A stretch of DNA of 37,016 bases from Ginglymostoma cirratum (lineage: Eukaryota), in NCBI GenBank assembly GCA_024137785.1, contig JAHRHZ010000130.1:1337520-1374535 (forward strand). The letters are read 5' to 3'. Position 1 is the first letter of the stretch. Each line of letters starts with the position of its first letter. The notes under the pieces were generated by a model. The model was not told where the DNA came from, ran no database searches, and saw only the letters and a program-made list of their open reading frames with translations. Both the position numbers and the translations under genes were made by a program. Shown one piece after another: positions 1 through 13,073 of this stretch.

Positions 1-368
1 TAATTTAACTTGTCCAATTCCCGATCATCTTTCCAATGAATATACCTTCAATTATTGATCTAATTAATTTTCTAAATATACTAGCAAATCTGCTCCAATA
101 AACCTTTCAACAGCACGTCGTGCAATAACGAACTGTGTGAAACGTATCCTCTTCCTTTCCTAATCGATGATAATGCATATGTGCTTTAGCATTGCCAATC
201 ATGCTTCTGGTTGAAATACCCTGTTTTATTTATAAATAGCGAAATAGATGCGCAGGAAGACGCAAGGAAACACGAGTACTGACAACAATGCCGAACATAA
301 GAGAATCAAATAAGATAAACACAGAACTGGTTTGAGAGATAAGCGCTGAAACATAGGGGAGGAAAACA

Positions 369-412
369 ACACGCACGCACACACACACACACGCGCACGC
401 ACACACACACAC
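369..412. repeat. (CA)n/(CG) microsatellite
   Basis: acacgcacgcacacacacacacacgcgcacgcacacacacacaca; explains the spurious CVCV ORFs at 226-435. Confidence 0.9.
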
Positions 413-1111
413 AATGATGGAGAGAGAATGAACATAACGAGAGAAAGCGAGTTGGGAATGATACGGTAAGAATTATGTGGGGGGACGGGGGAGAATGAGC
501 GACTGATCTATAAATACATTCAATAAAGTCTGGAAAGGAAGCTCAGAAAAGATCGGAACAGGTTCATTTATAAAAGTAACCACAGTTTTATCTGTGTGAC
601 TCAGTAGCAATTCTGTGGCCAGATTTAGACAGTCTTGGCAGATGTTTTCATGAGACCGTGCCCTCTGAATTTATTTCTGCACAAACGTGAGATTTGCGGT
701 TTGGAGCCAACAACAGAAAAACGAGAAGTCGTGTTACTACGAGCAGGTCCCTGTTTTGTGTTATCACCACAAACATTCTTCCTGCCCATGGGGGTGAATC
801 GACACTTATAACATCACTGCCACCACACAGAATGCTTTAAATATCAAAATTACTTCCTCCTTGGTTTTTAAAATGTTGTTCTATAATTTGTGTTATAATT
901 CATTATCTGAAGGGCAAATAGATTTAGGGTAATCTTTGATAGAAAGAAGGGAGATGAACGCAAGCAATTTACGACACAAAGGGTTATTATGGACGAAATT
1001 ATTTTCAGTGAATCATGTGCTCTATGAAGGGAAGAGAGAAGAGATTGTAAGGGAATGAGTTGGTGCTTTTTTTGGCTCTGACTTCTCCAAGCTTTTCTTT
1101 TTTGATTAATC

Positions 1112-3056
1112 CGACAGTCCCCTTCACTATCTGCTACTCCACCAATCTTAGTGTCATTTGCAAACTTGCTAATCAGACCATCTGTACCTTCCTCCAGATC
1201 ATTTATGTATATCACAAACAACAGTGGTCCCAACACGGATCCCTGTGGAGCACCAGCGGTCACAGTTCTCCATTTTGAGAAACTCCCTTCCACTACAACT
1301 CTCTGTCGCCTGTTGCCCAGCCAGTTCTCTATCCATCTAGCTAATACACCTTGGACCCCATGCGAGTTCACGTTCTCCATCAGCCTACCATGGGGAACTT
1401 TATCAAATGCCTCACTGAAGTCCACGTATATGACATCCACAGCCCTTCCCGCATCTATCAACTTTGTCACTTCATCAAAGAATTCTATCAAGTTGGTAAG
1501 ACATGACCTTCCCTGCACAAAAACATGCTGCCTATCACTAATAAGCCCATTTTCTTCCAAATGTAAATAGATCCTATCCCTCAGTATCTTCTCCAGCAGC
1601 TTCCCCACCACTGATGTCAGTCTCACTGGCCTATAATTACCTGGATTATCCTGGCTACCTTCTTAAATAAGGGGACAACATTAGATATTCTCCAGTCCTC
1701 CGGGACCTCACCTGTGCTCAAGGATGCTGCAAAGATATCTGTTGAGGCCCCACTATTTCCTCTCTCACTTCCCTCAGTAACCTGGGATTGATCCCATCTG
1801 GACCTGGGGACTTGTCCACCCTAATGCCTTTTAGAATACCCAACACTTGTCCTCTCCTTATGCCGAATTGACCTAGAGTAATCAAACATCTATCCCTAAC
1901 CTCAACATCCGTCATGTCCCTCTCCTCAGTGAATACCTTCACAAAGTACTCATGAAGAATCTCACTCATTTTCTGTGACTCCCCACATAACGTCTCTCCT
2001 TTGTCCTTGAGTGGGCCAACATTTTCTCTATTTACCCTCTTGCTCCTTATGCATGAATAAAAGGCTTTGGGATTTTCCTTAACCCTGTTTTCTAAAGATA
2101 TTTCATGACCCCTTTTCGCCATCTTAATTCCTCATTTCAGATTGGTCCTACTTTCCCGATATTCTTCCAAAGCTTTGGCTGTTTTCAGTCGCCTAGACCT
2201 TATGTATGCTTCCTTTTTCCTCTTTGCTAGTCTCACAATTTCACCTGTCATCCATGGTTCCCTAATCTTGCCCATTCTATCCCTCATTTTCACAGTGACA
2301 TGTCTGTCCTGCATTCTAATCAACCTCTCTTTAAAAGCCTCCCACATATCAAATGTGGATTTACACTCAAACAGCTGCTCCGAATCCACATTCTCCAGCT
2401 CCTGCTGAATTTTGCTATAATTGGCCTTCCCCCAATTCAGCACCCTTCTTTTCAGACCACTCTCGTCTTTGTCTATCAGTATTCTAAAACTTAAGGAATT
2501 GTGATGACTATTCCCAAAGTAATCCCCTACTGAAATTTCAACCACCTGGTCGGGCTCATTCCCCAACACCAGGTCCAGTATGGCCCCTTCCCGAGTTGGA
2601 CTATTTACATACTGCTCTAGAAAACCCTCCTGGATGCTCCTTACAAATCCTGCTCCATCTAAACCCCTAACACTAAGTGAATCCCAGTCAATGTTGGGAA
2701 AATTAAAATCTCCCATCACCACCACCCTGTTGCTCCTATATCTTTCCATAATCTGTCTACATATTTGTACCTCTATCTCATGCTTGCTGTTGGAAGGCCT
2801 GATGTACAGCCCCAAAATTGTGACCACACCCTTCTTATTTCTAAGCTTTGCCCATATTGCCTCACTGGTCGAGTCTTCCATAGTGCCCTCCTTCATCACA
2901 GCTGTAATATCCTCTTTGACCAGTAATGCAACGCTTCTACCCCTTTTACCTCCCTCTCTATCCCGCCTGAAGCATCTATACCCTGGGATATTTAGTTGCC
3001 AATCTTGTCCTTCCCTCATCCAAGTCTCAGTAATAGCAATGACGTCATACTCCCAT
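1112..3056 (-). mobile_element. CR1-clade LINE ORF2 fragment (APE endonuclease plus reverse transcriptase), frameshifted
   Basis: Consecutive minus-strand ORFs 2132-3019 (VVMGDFNFPNIDW, PTREGAILDLVL), 1718-2122 (KSPGPDGINPRLL) and 868-1626 (LTSVVGKLLEKI, YVDFSEAFDKVPH, GAPQGSVLGPLLFVIYINDL, KFANDTK with catalytic ADD changed to AND). Confidence 0.93.
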
Positions 3057-3134
3057 TTTCTGTAGACAGAAAGGGAGCAACTAATGTCATGACATGGCCG
3101 GATGTGGGGTGAATAAAAAACATGAAAGGATGAA

Positions 3135-3530
3135 ATCAGGCTCGGAGTTAAGTCCTAAAGGCTCCAAGGGGTCCAAGCAGAAAATGAGATATCCCTCATT
3201 GAGCATGAGCTCAGACTGACTGGAACTCTGCGGTAGGCCTGAGACAGACATGTTGGCCAAGGAACACTGCGTTGCATTGAAACGGTAGGCAACTGGAAGC
3301 TCAGGGTTATTTTTGCAGAGAGAAAATAGGTCTTGCAATGTGGCCACCCAATGTGCATTTCGTCTCCCCAGCATATAGGAGACTGCACTAGTAGGAACAG
3401 AGCAAATTGTAGATCGGATAGAATGAAGCACAGGCAAATCACTGAAAGTTATGTCTGAGGCTTTGGGTGGTGAGGAGGGAGGAGGTAAAGGGGCAGGTAC
3501 TATGTCATTTGAGATTGTATGGAACAGTGT
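3135..3530 (-). mobile_element. Penelope-like element fragment, GIY-YIG endonuclease C-terminal part, decayed
   Basis: Minus strand reads LLYAGETKCTLG in one frame, then NNPELPVAYRFN...YLIFCLDPLEPLGLN in another, matching the PLE YIGET...PVAxHFN...LIFxLxTLxPxGLN pattern. Confidence 0.7.
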
Positions 3531-4924
3531 ACAGTGATAACTGAGAAAGAACTCAATGTAATAAACTTAGAGATATAGACCAGTAAAGAAATAACTCAGA
3601 TAGATTCCAGCATAATGTTAAGGGTGGCATTGCCTGCAACAGTAAGAACAGAGTATTGTTTAATATTTGCAGATGCAGAAACGAGAGAATTAAGACTTAA
3701 CCAAAGACTTATACATGACTTACTAAAACAGAACATTGATTAACCGAGTGAGTCAATTTTGAGTAGAATTTATTAATACATCCCTGTATACAGAGTAAGA
3801 TTCTTCATAACTGAGAGCGAACTGAGTACAGTGCATACTCTTAAAGGGTCCACGTTACCATCAACAGATAGTAACTTATACAGGACCTAGACTAATATAT
3901 GCTGAAACAGGACCTAATTCGGGAATTATGGCACAGGACCGATAGTAATATAAACCAAGACTGGCCTGAGGCAGTGACGACAATTACAAGATCTAGATTA
4001 ATGTAAGTATGCATATCATCTAGCAGAGTGTTTACATGTCCAGAAAAGGTCTATATTAGTCCAAAATGGGACAAATCCTATTTCGTTAATCGTGGCACAG
4101 AGGCTCGGTTCAGGCGAGGTATAGTCTAATTTAATGATTGCGGATATAGTACATTTATTAAATGTGAAGGCTCTGCGATAATAGTAACTGATGCACGGAC
4201 TTGCGTAAAGACGGAAATATTTAGGCAGAAGATTACAAACCTATTTCCTAATTTCAGTTGGTCAATACCACTTGCAAATATCCCAAAAGTATCAGTCAAT
4301 AGTTTCGGGGTGATCTGAGATGGTCAATTAAGGTCATAGACTAGTGTGATATAAAGCAAACTCAAACAGAATACTGCAGAAAGATAGGTTCGCATTGGTA
4401 GATGAATGGTCAGTGAAAATCACTTTCTGAACAAGATCACGAAAGCGAACGAGTTTTAAATAAATAATAACCGCACACAATAAACATGGAATAAATATCC
4501 TCCTGTCATTAACAGCAATCATGCTGTTAACCATCTCATGCAACAGCCCACATGGTTCACTTGGAGGCGGTCTACTTCCTTAACCAGCTGGGACTGCATG
4601 CAATTACCGTTCTACTGTGATCTCATGGTGTTTTTGTTGCCTCTGAAGTTGGTGGCAAGCTGCTTAGCTGTATCTGAACTGCGACAGAACGTCACATAAA
4701 ATAAAATATGCTGGAAGTCAGAGTTTCAAAGAAATTAGCTGTCGACCATATTTCAGAAGGTCAATTAATCTCGACGAGGAATTGAAAAGTACAAAATATA
4801 GCTGATCCTGAAAATCTGTCAGAAGTGCAAAATGATGAAAGTACTCAGTCGACCAGTCAATACCTGCGGAGAGAGAAACAGATACACTTCGCGGATTGAT
4901 AATTCAAAATATCAGTCATTACAA

Positions 4925-5165
4925 TTCTAAGGAAGGCGGGAGTTCTCTCCCTTGCATCCGGAACTAACATCCAATTAAACTCTCAGATCGTCCGGATATT
5001 GATCATGTGTCGGTTTATGTGAGCTCGGTACTCATAAATCGCCTGTTGTAAATTTTAACTTATAGAAGGAAACATTAATAAAATTTAATCAATGCACTTA
5101 CGAAGCTTTGGGATATTGCGAAGTCGTGAAATGGGACTTACAAACAAAAAATATTTCTTAATGGA
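4925..5165 (+). mobile_element. Decayed SINE, Deu-domain/SacSINE-like 3' part
   Basis: gggagttctctccc...gaagctttgggatattgcgaagtcgtgaaatggg...aaatatttctt resembles the shark DeuSINE 3' region; a related minus copy lies near 27985-28120. Confidence 0.4.
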
Positions 5166-6023
5166 AGTGCTTTCATTTGTACGTTGTGAAATTTTGCGCC
5201 CTTTGAGATTGAAGTGATTAAGGGTGGCTTCTCTCCTTGCTGTATGTTGTTCTGGTGTAAATGGATTAAAATTTCAATCGAATTGATACTCACCAGAATA
5301 CCAACCTGAACAGCGACATTTCATTGATACGCCAGCAGAAGTTTCCGAAACGAATGTTTCATTTCAATATGTTGTTCGGTTGAAATAAATAGCATCTATT
5401 CCGTTTGATTTTCAGTTTCTATTAATTTTGCATCAGGTGCCAATGCTTTTTTCACATAAACCCTTGTTCTGCGTAGAACTACGCAGTAAATAACGTTATT
5501 GATCTTCTTCGAATGCGATGAGAAATTCATTGAAACTGTGGGCGGTTTATGTAAATAAACACAGAAATAGAAGCCCCGGATTGCATTTTTGAGCAACAAA
5601 CGCACAGCAAATATTTCCCCACCAACACTGAAATAGCGACAGAATGCAAATAACGATTCCAAGACAAACTGATTTCAGAACATTTTGTCAATTAAACGAG
5701 AGGAACGATAAGATCTATGTAGAGAATTGGCGAACATTCCCGCAACTATAACGACGCAGCAAGTGTTCGTGTGCAGATCTACCATATCCCACCGCACTGT
5801 ATCTTCTCCCAATCCTGCGTGATTGCTTTTTTACAGCGGCCCATTTTCTCTACTCGACCCTTTAGGACTTCTTCCCTCAAACAGAATCACAGGCGACTAG
5901 CTGAATGGTTTGAGCACAATAGAGCGCGCTTTTCTGTGAAAGATGTTATCGCCGTTCATTTACCCAGCACAGTGAGATGAGAAAAAAAATGTAGTGGAGG
6001 GTCTAACCGGTCTCTAACCCGTG

Positions 6024-6203
6024 CAAAACCAGAAGTTGCTGGAGAAGCTGGAAAAACTAAAGTTCTGACTAAGGGTCAGCGGACCTGAAACGTTAACTTT
6101 GATTTTTTCTTCACAGGTGCTGCCAGACCTGCTAAGCTTTTCCAGCAACTTCTGTTTTTGTTCCTGATTTACAGCATCTGCAGTTCTTTCGGTTTTTATT
6201 TGC
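6024..6203 (+). mobile_element. Short Penelope-derived element (family A) with hammerhead motif and inverted 5' piece
   Basis: Flanked by tctctaacccgtg (6011-6023) and tctctaatccgtg (6204-6216); 6025-6049 is an inverted copy of about 6136-6159; same body as 21851-21990 and the minus copies at 10280-10546 and 14828-14910. Confidence 0.75.
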
Positions 6204-6299
6204 TCTCTAATCCGTGTTGCATCTGCCGTGGGAATGTTTGATAGGAAAATATTGAGGAAGATTTGGTCTTTTAGCAACCTGCATAAAATTCTCTGGAAG

Positions 6300-6740
6300 A
6301 TTTGATTTGAGGAAGTAGACGGAGTTTTACTTCATACTACCCTGCAACAGTTGATAGAGTTTTGCATTGTGTGCAAATGGTGCTAGCCCTACCCCAGAAA
6401 TATTTTGATAGGATATTATACAGTGATGCACGAAAATGGATAGATTAATCCTCGTTTCCTTGGAACAGTGAAATCAGAGGGCAGATTTGAAAGAGGGAAA
6501 AATAATGGAGGCCTCAATAAAATTGATAGCTACAACATACTTTCATTAGTAAATAGTTCAATGATCAGGGGCCATTAATGAAAAAAAAATTGGAAGAATG
6601 ACTGGTGTTAAATTTTCATGCAAACTGTTGTGAATGTACGGAACACATTGGTTGAATGGGCAATAGGATAGAGGGATAAGGAATTACATGTGAATGCTCA
6701 TACAGCTTCGCTGAATACATTCACAGATGCTTTGAGGAGG
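6300..6740 (+). mobile_element. Highly decayed CR1 LINE 3' remnant
   Basis: Weak similarity to the CR1 ORF2 C-terminus and 3' UTR (gggcagatttgaaagaggg...gttgtgaatgtacggaacacattg). Confidence 0.4.
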
Positions 6741-6774
6741 GAATCTCATTGGAATGTATGAAATTTTCATATGG

Positions 6775-7120
6775 GTGGACAGACTGGTGGCACAAATTCG
6801 GCACTGCTGCCTCTCAGCACCAAGGACTAGGGTTCAATTTTGGCCTAGATCGACTGTCTGTGTGGAGATTACACATTCTTTCCGTGTCTGCGAGGCTTTC
6901 CCCGGGTGCTCTGGTTTCCTCCCACAGTCCAAATATATGTGGGTCAGGTGGATTGACAATGATAAATTGCCTATAGTTTCCAGCGATGTGTAAGTTAGGT
7001 GGATTAACTATGGGAAATGCAGGCTAATAAGGAAAGGTGAGCATGGGTGGGATGCTCTTCCAAGAGTCGGTGTGGACTTGTTGGGCCGGATGGCCTGCTT
7101 CAACACTGTAAGGATTCTAC
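6775..7120 (+). mobile_element. HE1-like V-SINE (tRNA-derived head, V domain, LINE-derived tail)
   Basis: A/B-box-like head ggtggcaca...gggttcaattt; V-domain tgtgtggag...ccgtgtctgcg...ccgggtgctctggtttcctcccacagtccaaa; tail ggacttgttgggccggatggcctg. Confidence 0.8.
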
Positions 7121-7409
7121 GAATGATATTTTTGCCTAGTCAGAATTGGTGACGGGTTTGATGCCGGGGGATCGTGAATAGGGCAGAACAAGGGGTTATG
7201 TTCTCAGGATGAGAGATAGGTCATTTTGCGCAGAAATTAGCAGAGCTATCTTCACTTCAAGGTGGAATCCTTTAACATAGAAATCAGTGCATACCACGCC
7301 ATTCAATATACAGTACTTAATGAAGAAAATATTAAAATTTTGAGAGGTTTAAGATGTTATTGGCTATGTGAGAGCACAGTGGCATTGCATTGATATTTTG
7401 AGCAGCCAA

Positions 7410-7700
7410 GATCATAGAAACATATAGCACAGAAACAGACTCTTTGGCCCAAGTCATCCACGCTGACCAGATTCCCAGTTTGATGTCGTCCCACTTGGAC
7501 CATTTCCCTCTGAATCCTTCCTATTCATTAAGCTATCCAGATGCCTTTTAAATGTTGTAATTGTACCAGCCTCAACATGTTGAGTAGCTGAACCAACTCG
7601 ACGAATTGAATGAATCCTGCTCCTAGATCTGACCTGCCATTCAAAATGATCATAGCTGATATCGTATTGTTCCATATTCCATATTTCCATCTATCCCTGC
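7410..7700 (-). mobile_element. CR1 LINE 3' tail fragments
   Basis: atcatagaaacatatagcacagaaacagactctttggcccaa is the reverse complement of the shark CR1 3' end. Confidence 0.6.
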
Positions 7701-7892
7701 TTAGCTAGTTGGCCAGATTGCCTGTTTGCGACGCCAACAGTTTCTGTTCGAGTCCCACACAGGTGAGGTTGCTCAGAAGGACTCCACTTCCCAAAATCTC
7801 CCCTCGCAAAGGCACAGTTACCCTTAGGTTTAACCACCACCTGTCATCTTCTTCCTTGATGGGAGAGCGGGTCTGTGTTGACTTTACCTTAT
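7700..7892 (+). mobile_element. tRNA-derived SINE
   Basis: tagctagttggccag head, gttcgagtccc B-box, body ending gactttacctt; a decayed minus copy lies at about 32060-32212. Confidence 0.6.
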
Positions 7893-8559
7893 ATTCTTGG
7901 TCTCTATTAATTAATGACAAATCTGACTCTTTTTCTATGTTGAACGAAACATTAAATCAACGTGTCAACACTGGACTATTCGCCTATTTACAACAATTGT
8001 GTCTTTAAAAAAAATTAAATCAGTGATGACTTATTTTTATGAAAGATGGAGAGAAAGACAGATAGATAGGCTGACCGACTGACGAACATATAGAATAGTC
8101 TTTGAAATGTCAGACAATATTATGGATGGATAGTTCGGTGATCGTGGTGATTATACAGTTGCGATGTCAGAAGGGCATCAATGACTAGGCAAATGAGGAA
8201 TGGCATTGCTTGAACCATAGTGGATATGAGTCGATAAATCTGTTTCCCTTTGTACTTATATTGCTAAACCTGCCGGTTTCCTCTACCACTCTTTATTTTC
8301 CAAATCGCCAGTATTTGTAGCAGTTTAATTTTATTATAATTAATTTTGTCCCACTGAAATGTCAAAGAGTGACATGTTGAGCTCATTTAAGCGTCAATTG
8401 GCTCATGAGGAAGTTTTGGTTTGTCTCTTCAAGAGATAATGTCGAAGGACGGGATGTGTAGTTGGAAAGCAAAGGTTCCTTACTGAAACAGAGACCACTG
8501 CCATCGTGATCTGCCACAATACAACCCACCATTACCATTGAGCGAAGTGCCCAATACTA

Positions 8560-10215
8560 GTTCAACAGGGATTCAAAGCTGCATTCTGTAAACAAAGCAA
8601 AATGGATCCATATTCAATGGGTCAGATCAAATCTATGCAGTCTTGCCACTTCCAGTTGTGAATAATGATGAAGAATACATGAAGAACTAACGGGCTTAGA
8701 AGGCTAAAAAGAAAAATGATGATTGTGCAAAGCAGTGCGTCAATGCAAAAAAACATAACGGAAAAATGTTTCATCATCTTCATCCAGAAGTGTTGAGGGC
8801 ATGATCTACCTTCAAAAGCTCCAAATGTTGCAACCATCTGACAAGCGAAGGTTCAGCTAATTCGATTTACACCGTGAACTGACAAGAAACCATTCAGAGC
8901 ATTGGATAAAACAAAAACCATAAGGTCAGACACCATCCCCATTGTCACCCTGAAGGTGTGACTTCCAGAACTAACCAAACGTAGGCGAGATACTTCATGA
9001 CAGCTTCAACACTGGTACCTACACAGCAATGTCGATAAAATGTTCCAGTGTGTCTTCCTCCCAACGTTCAGGACAGATTCAATTGCATAAGTTACCACAC
9101 CTTCAATGTGGTGGGATTTATTCATATAGTGATATAAAGTGTCATTGACAATGCCGTTACTGACATTTATGCACGTCGAGCTCGCCTGCTTTGCAGTCAT
9201 AGTTTGGATACCACGAGGATCATTCAGTTTCAGATATCATGCTTGTTTCAAATATGTACAAAATAGCTTAATTCCTGGCGTGAGTTGCAGGTGTTTAGCC
9301 TTCATTACAAGAGAGCATTTTCCTACGTTTGGATAAAGCAGTCTTTGCAAAATTGAAGTCAATAGAAACGAACAGGTTGGATTCTCTGGTTGGATTCTTG
9401 TTTCGCACAAACAAGGATGACCATGGTTGGAGTAACCCAGTCAGTTTAGCTCCTGGACATTGGCATCTGAGTACACCAGAGGAGCGTTATAGATTCGAGT
9501 ATCTTCATCTGCTGCTCCAGTATCTTCCCTATGACACTAGAAGCGGGAGTTTTCGTTGTTCACTGAAAAGATTTCAACTCATTAGATTTTTGTTTCAATC
9601 CGGAAGCAGTCTGTTACTACATAGAACAAAATTTGAATAAAAATATTCAGTCTTAGGCCAATAAAGGGCAACTTTCTGAATTTCCTCATACACATGCCAA
9701 GGAATGGTCATCTCAAATAACAGCTAGTCTAATTATCTCCCCTTGACAACTTTTAGACCATTCATCATGCAAACGTTTATGGTTAAAATGCTGCTCTTTA
9801 CAATTGACCAGGAGTTTACATGGTCCAGTCACGTCTCAAGAGTGGTTACCAGAGAAGGTCAGTTGCTGGTTTGTTTTAACTCGTCCCTGACTTCCAGTTC
9901 TGTACGCTGTATACAAAGGAGACACCTCAAATGGAATGCAATGCTCTTTTCATACTGATTTAGATGAAACTCGAATGGCATTTTAAAAAAGACACCCCAA
10001 AAGTATCCAGGAGGAAGAAACCTGCTTGAACAGCATCCGTTTATTCAGACCAGCTTAGACATTCACATCCTCCATCACCAATGGACAAAGATGTCTGTGT
10101 GAGCAATCTGCCACCGTCATGTTAGGAAATAAACAAGGCTCTTTTGAGAGTACCTTTCCAACTCGTAAACAGTACCAGGAACAACCACAAATCAGCGACT
10201 GGATGGGAACACCAA
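8560..10215 (+). mobile_element. Old, heavily decayed CR1-like LINE (RT and 3' region)
   Basis: Shares motifs with 24490-25370 (catcttcatccagaagtg, acaattgaccag, acattcacatcctccatcacc, gggaacaccaacaac); no long ORF. Confidence 0.55.
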
Positions 10216-10279
10216 CAACAACGGAATATGTCCCTCTAAGATGCACATATGAGTTATGCTGACACGAATAAATGTTGCA

Positions 10280-10546
10280 ACAAAAACAAAGTTGCTGGAA
10301 AAACTCATCAGGTCTTGCAGCAGCTGTGAAGGAGAAAACAATAGACAATAGACAATAGGTGCAGGAGTAGGCCATTCGGCCCTTCGAGCCAGGACCACCA
10401 TTCATTATGATCATGGCTGATCATCCACAATCAGTATCCTGTTCCTGCCTTATCCCCACAACCCTTGATTCCATTATCTATAAGAGCTCTATCCATCTCT
10501 TTCTTGAAAACAGAGTTAATGTTTCGGGTCCGGTGACCCTTCCTCA
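10280..10546 (-). mobile_element. Short Penelope-derived hammerhead element (family A) interrupted by a CR1 tail
   Basis: Perfect 14-bp direct repeat gaataaatgttgca at 10266-10279 and 10547-10560; body matches 6063-6160 in reverse complement. Confidence 0.8.
10341..10505 (-). mobile_element. 5'-truncated CR1 3' end nested in the previous element
   Basis: (atagaca)n tail, then ggtgcaggagtaggccattcggcccttcgagcc; flanked by gaaaaca at 10334-10340 and 10506-10512. Confidence 0.8.
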
Positions 10547-10715
10547 GAATAAATGTTGCATTGCGTTCCATGTTATTGAAATAAAATAATTGAACTCCCT
10601 TCCTAACAAACTATAATTGGATTGATTTCACACAGACTGCAGCGTAACAAAAGAATTCACATCATTTTCGTCAGTAAAAATTAAGAATGTACAATTAATA
10701 TTGGGGATTTCAGTG

Positions 10716-11465
10716 GTAGAACATAGAACATAGAACAGTACAGCACAGGAATGGACCCTTCGGCCCACGATGTTGTGCTGAACATGCCACCAACTGAACG
10801 TATTCCCTTCTGTTTGCCCTTGGACCAAATACTTTCATTCCTTGCATATTCACGTGTTTATCTAAAAGTCCCTTCAATGCCTTATCTGTCTCAACCACCA
10901 GCCCAGCGGTGTGTTCTGGACTCCTACCACTGTCTGTGGAAAAAAAACTGCCCCTCATATCTACTTCGAACTTTCCCCCTCTCATCTTAAATGCATGCCC
11001 TTAATGTTAGACCTTTCAACGCTGAAAACAAGATTCTGGCCGTCAAAGCTATCTATGCATCTCATAATTTGATAGACTTCTATCAAGTTTCCTCTCAGCC
11101 TCCGCCGCTCAAGAGAAAACAACCCGACTTTTTTTACCCCCCTCTTTATAGCTCATATCATCTAATCCAGGCAGCATCCTGGTAAACCTCTTCTGCACTC
11201 CTCCAAAGTCCCCACATTTTTCCTGTAATGTGCCGACTAGAATTGAATGCAATACTCTAAGTGTGGCCTTACCAAAGTCTTATGAAACTACAACATAGCT
11301 CCTGACTCTTGTACTCAATTCCCTGGCCAATAAAGGCAAGCATGCCATACATCTTCTGTACCACCTTATCTACTTGCGTGGCCACTTTGAGGGAGCTATT
11401 GGCTTGAAGCCTAAGTTCCTTCTGTACATCAATGCTGTTCAGAGTCCTGCCGATGTTTGTATCAC
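10716..11465 (-). mobile_element. CR1 LINE 3' portion
   Basis: (atagaac)n tail; ORF 11269-11472 SSLKVATQVDKVVQKMYGMLAFIGQGIEYKS is typical of the CR1 ORF2 C-terminus. Confidence 0.85.
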
Positions 11466-13073
11466 TGAACAAACAAAGAAATTACAAGTGAATGGGGCCT
11501 GCCATGATATCAACATTTTTGCAGAAGATTACTTGATGCAGTATTGTTGTTTTTTCTGAAAGCAGTTGTTTTTATTTATTGCCTGGTGACCAAAGATTTT
11601 TATCGTTTGAACATATCCCTGTCAGCCATTGTTTCTGACATCAATAACAGAACAGTATTATGTCAATCACATTCTGCTGGAGACCTTAATAAGATTTAAT
11701 ATCGATCAAATTTCAGTTGGATTTTACTTATTGACACAAAGGAACTCAGAAAGAAGATGGTGCCTTAATTTCTGTTGAAGTATCTTTATTAATCTTGTTT
11801 TATGAATGTTCATTAAAGTATAAATGAGCCCAATGGAGTTTTATGTTGGGATTGGCAAAAAAAAATGCCTTCCATGATATCATTTCTTCCTTTTTTAGTC
11901 ATTACAGCACTAAACCATGACTCTGTTTAAATGACACTTCCTCAGTTCCACTACACCTTGTTGCTGTTTGTGCCACACTGACCCCTTCCTCGATTAGAAC
12001 CACACTCATCCATGCCTTTACACAGACTACAAGATGCTTGATACTCTGACATATATTTTACATTACCTGGTATGAAGTCTTTAATACTTGCCTTGAAAAG
12101 GTAAACAGAGTGTTGTAACAATCTCCTGGGGTGAATTGGAAATGAGAGACTGGATTGAAATAACTCTATTGCACTTCATCCTGCTCTGTGACAAATTCTG
12201 CTGCATTAATATTTGTAATATACATTTGTGTTGCACTATGATGATTATTCAACACATCTTATTTACTTAAAAACATTTGTTTCCTTTATCGAATGTCATA
12301 GATCTTTTGCTGTTTCACAGCCTGTGTCGATGGAGTTTAGAACTGCGAAGGTAAAGAACTTTCAACTAGGCTGCTGTGGCGTTCTAATGTTACTGCATGA
12401 AAACAAAACTCTCATTTACTTCACAGGAAAATGTGAAAAGGATAATGTAACATTTGTGAATCTGCGTGTCTTTGTGTCCATACGTTGGCTTGTTTCTATA
12501 AAACAGATCTATATTGATGTGCGTATGATTTCCAGAAGCATAAATGATTATCTTTCGCAGTATGTTTCAGCATTCTAGTCAGTTATATTCAGTTTGGTAC
12601 TTAAAATTCTTCAGTAGTACTAACTGACATTGATGATGACTCATCTGTTGAGATAGCACTGTCCCATTTAACTTTCCTTGAATAAGGCGTGGTCCATTTT
12701 GTACCTAGTGTTCAATGGGAACGTGGAAAAAGTCAGAGAAACGATAATTAGATCAACACGCGATTCTTTACTCTTTACTTTTCAGTGCCAATCTCATCAT
12801 CACACTGAACCTATCTTGTTACTTCCTTCACTTGGAAATAAATTAGACACTCTTGAATAACGACCTACATCTTTTGTGTTGTCATCCCATAAACAGGAAC
12901 ATATTAGATGTGAAACTGACTCACAATAGCAATACTAAGACAGGTAAATGTACACCTATTAAATATTGTCGTTTTAAATCGGATCGTGAAGGAGGGGAGG
13001 GAAACAAAGATTTAAGAAGGAATACCAGTTTCAAGGGCAAGGCGGCTAACGACACATTAACATTTACGGATGC

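Noticed and set aside
3870-4000. CRISPR-like repeat-spacer pattern
   Set aside because: Vertebrate DNA; the repeats are only about 8 bp and degenerate, with no cas genes
5968-5995. Perfect CACAGTG followed by an A-run, at the end of ORF 5771-5980
   Set aside because: The A-run is only about 6 bp away (wrong spacing) and the upstream sequence has no V-domain motifs
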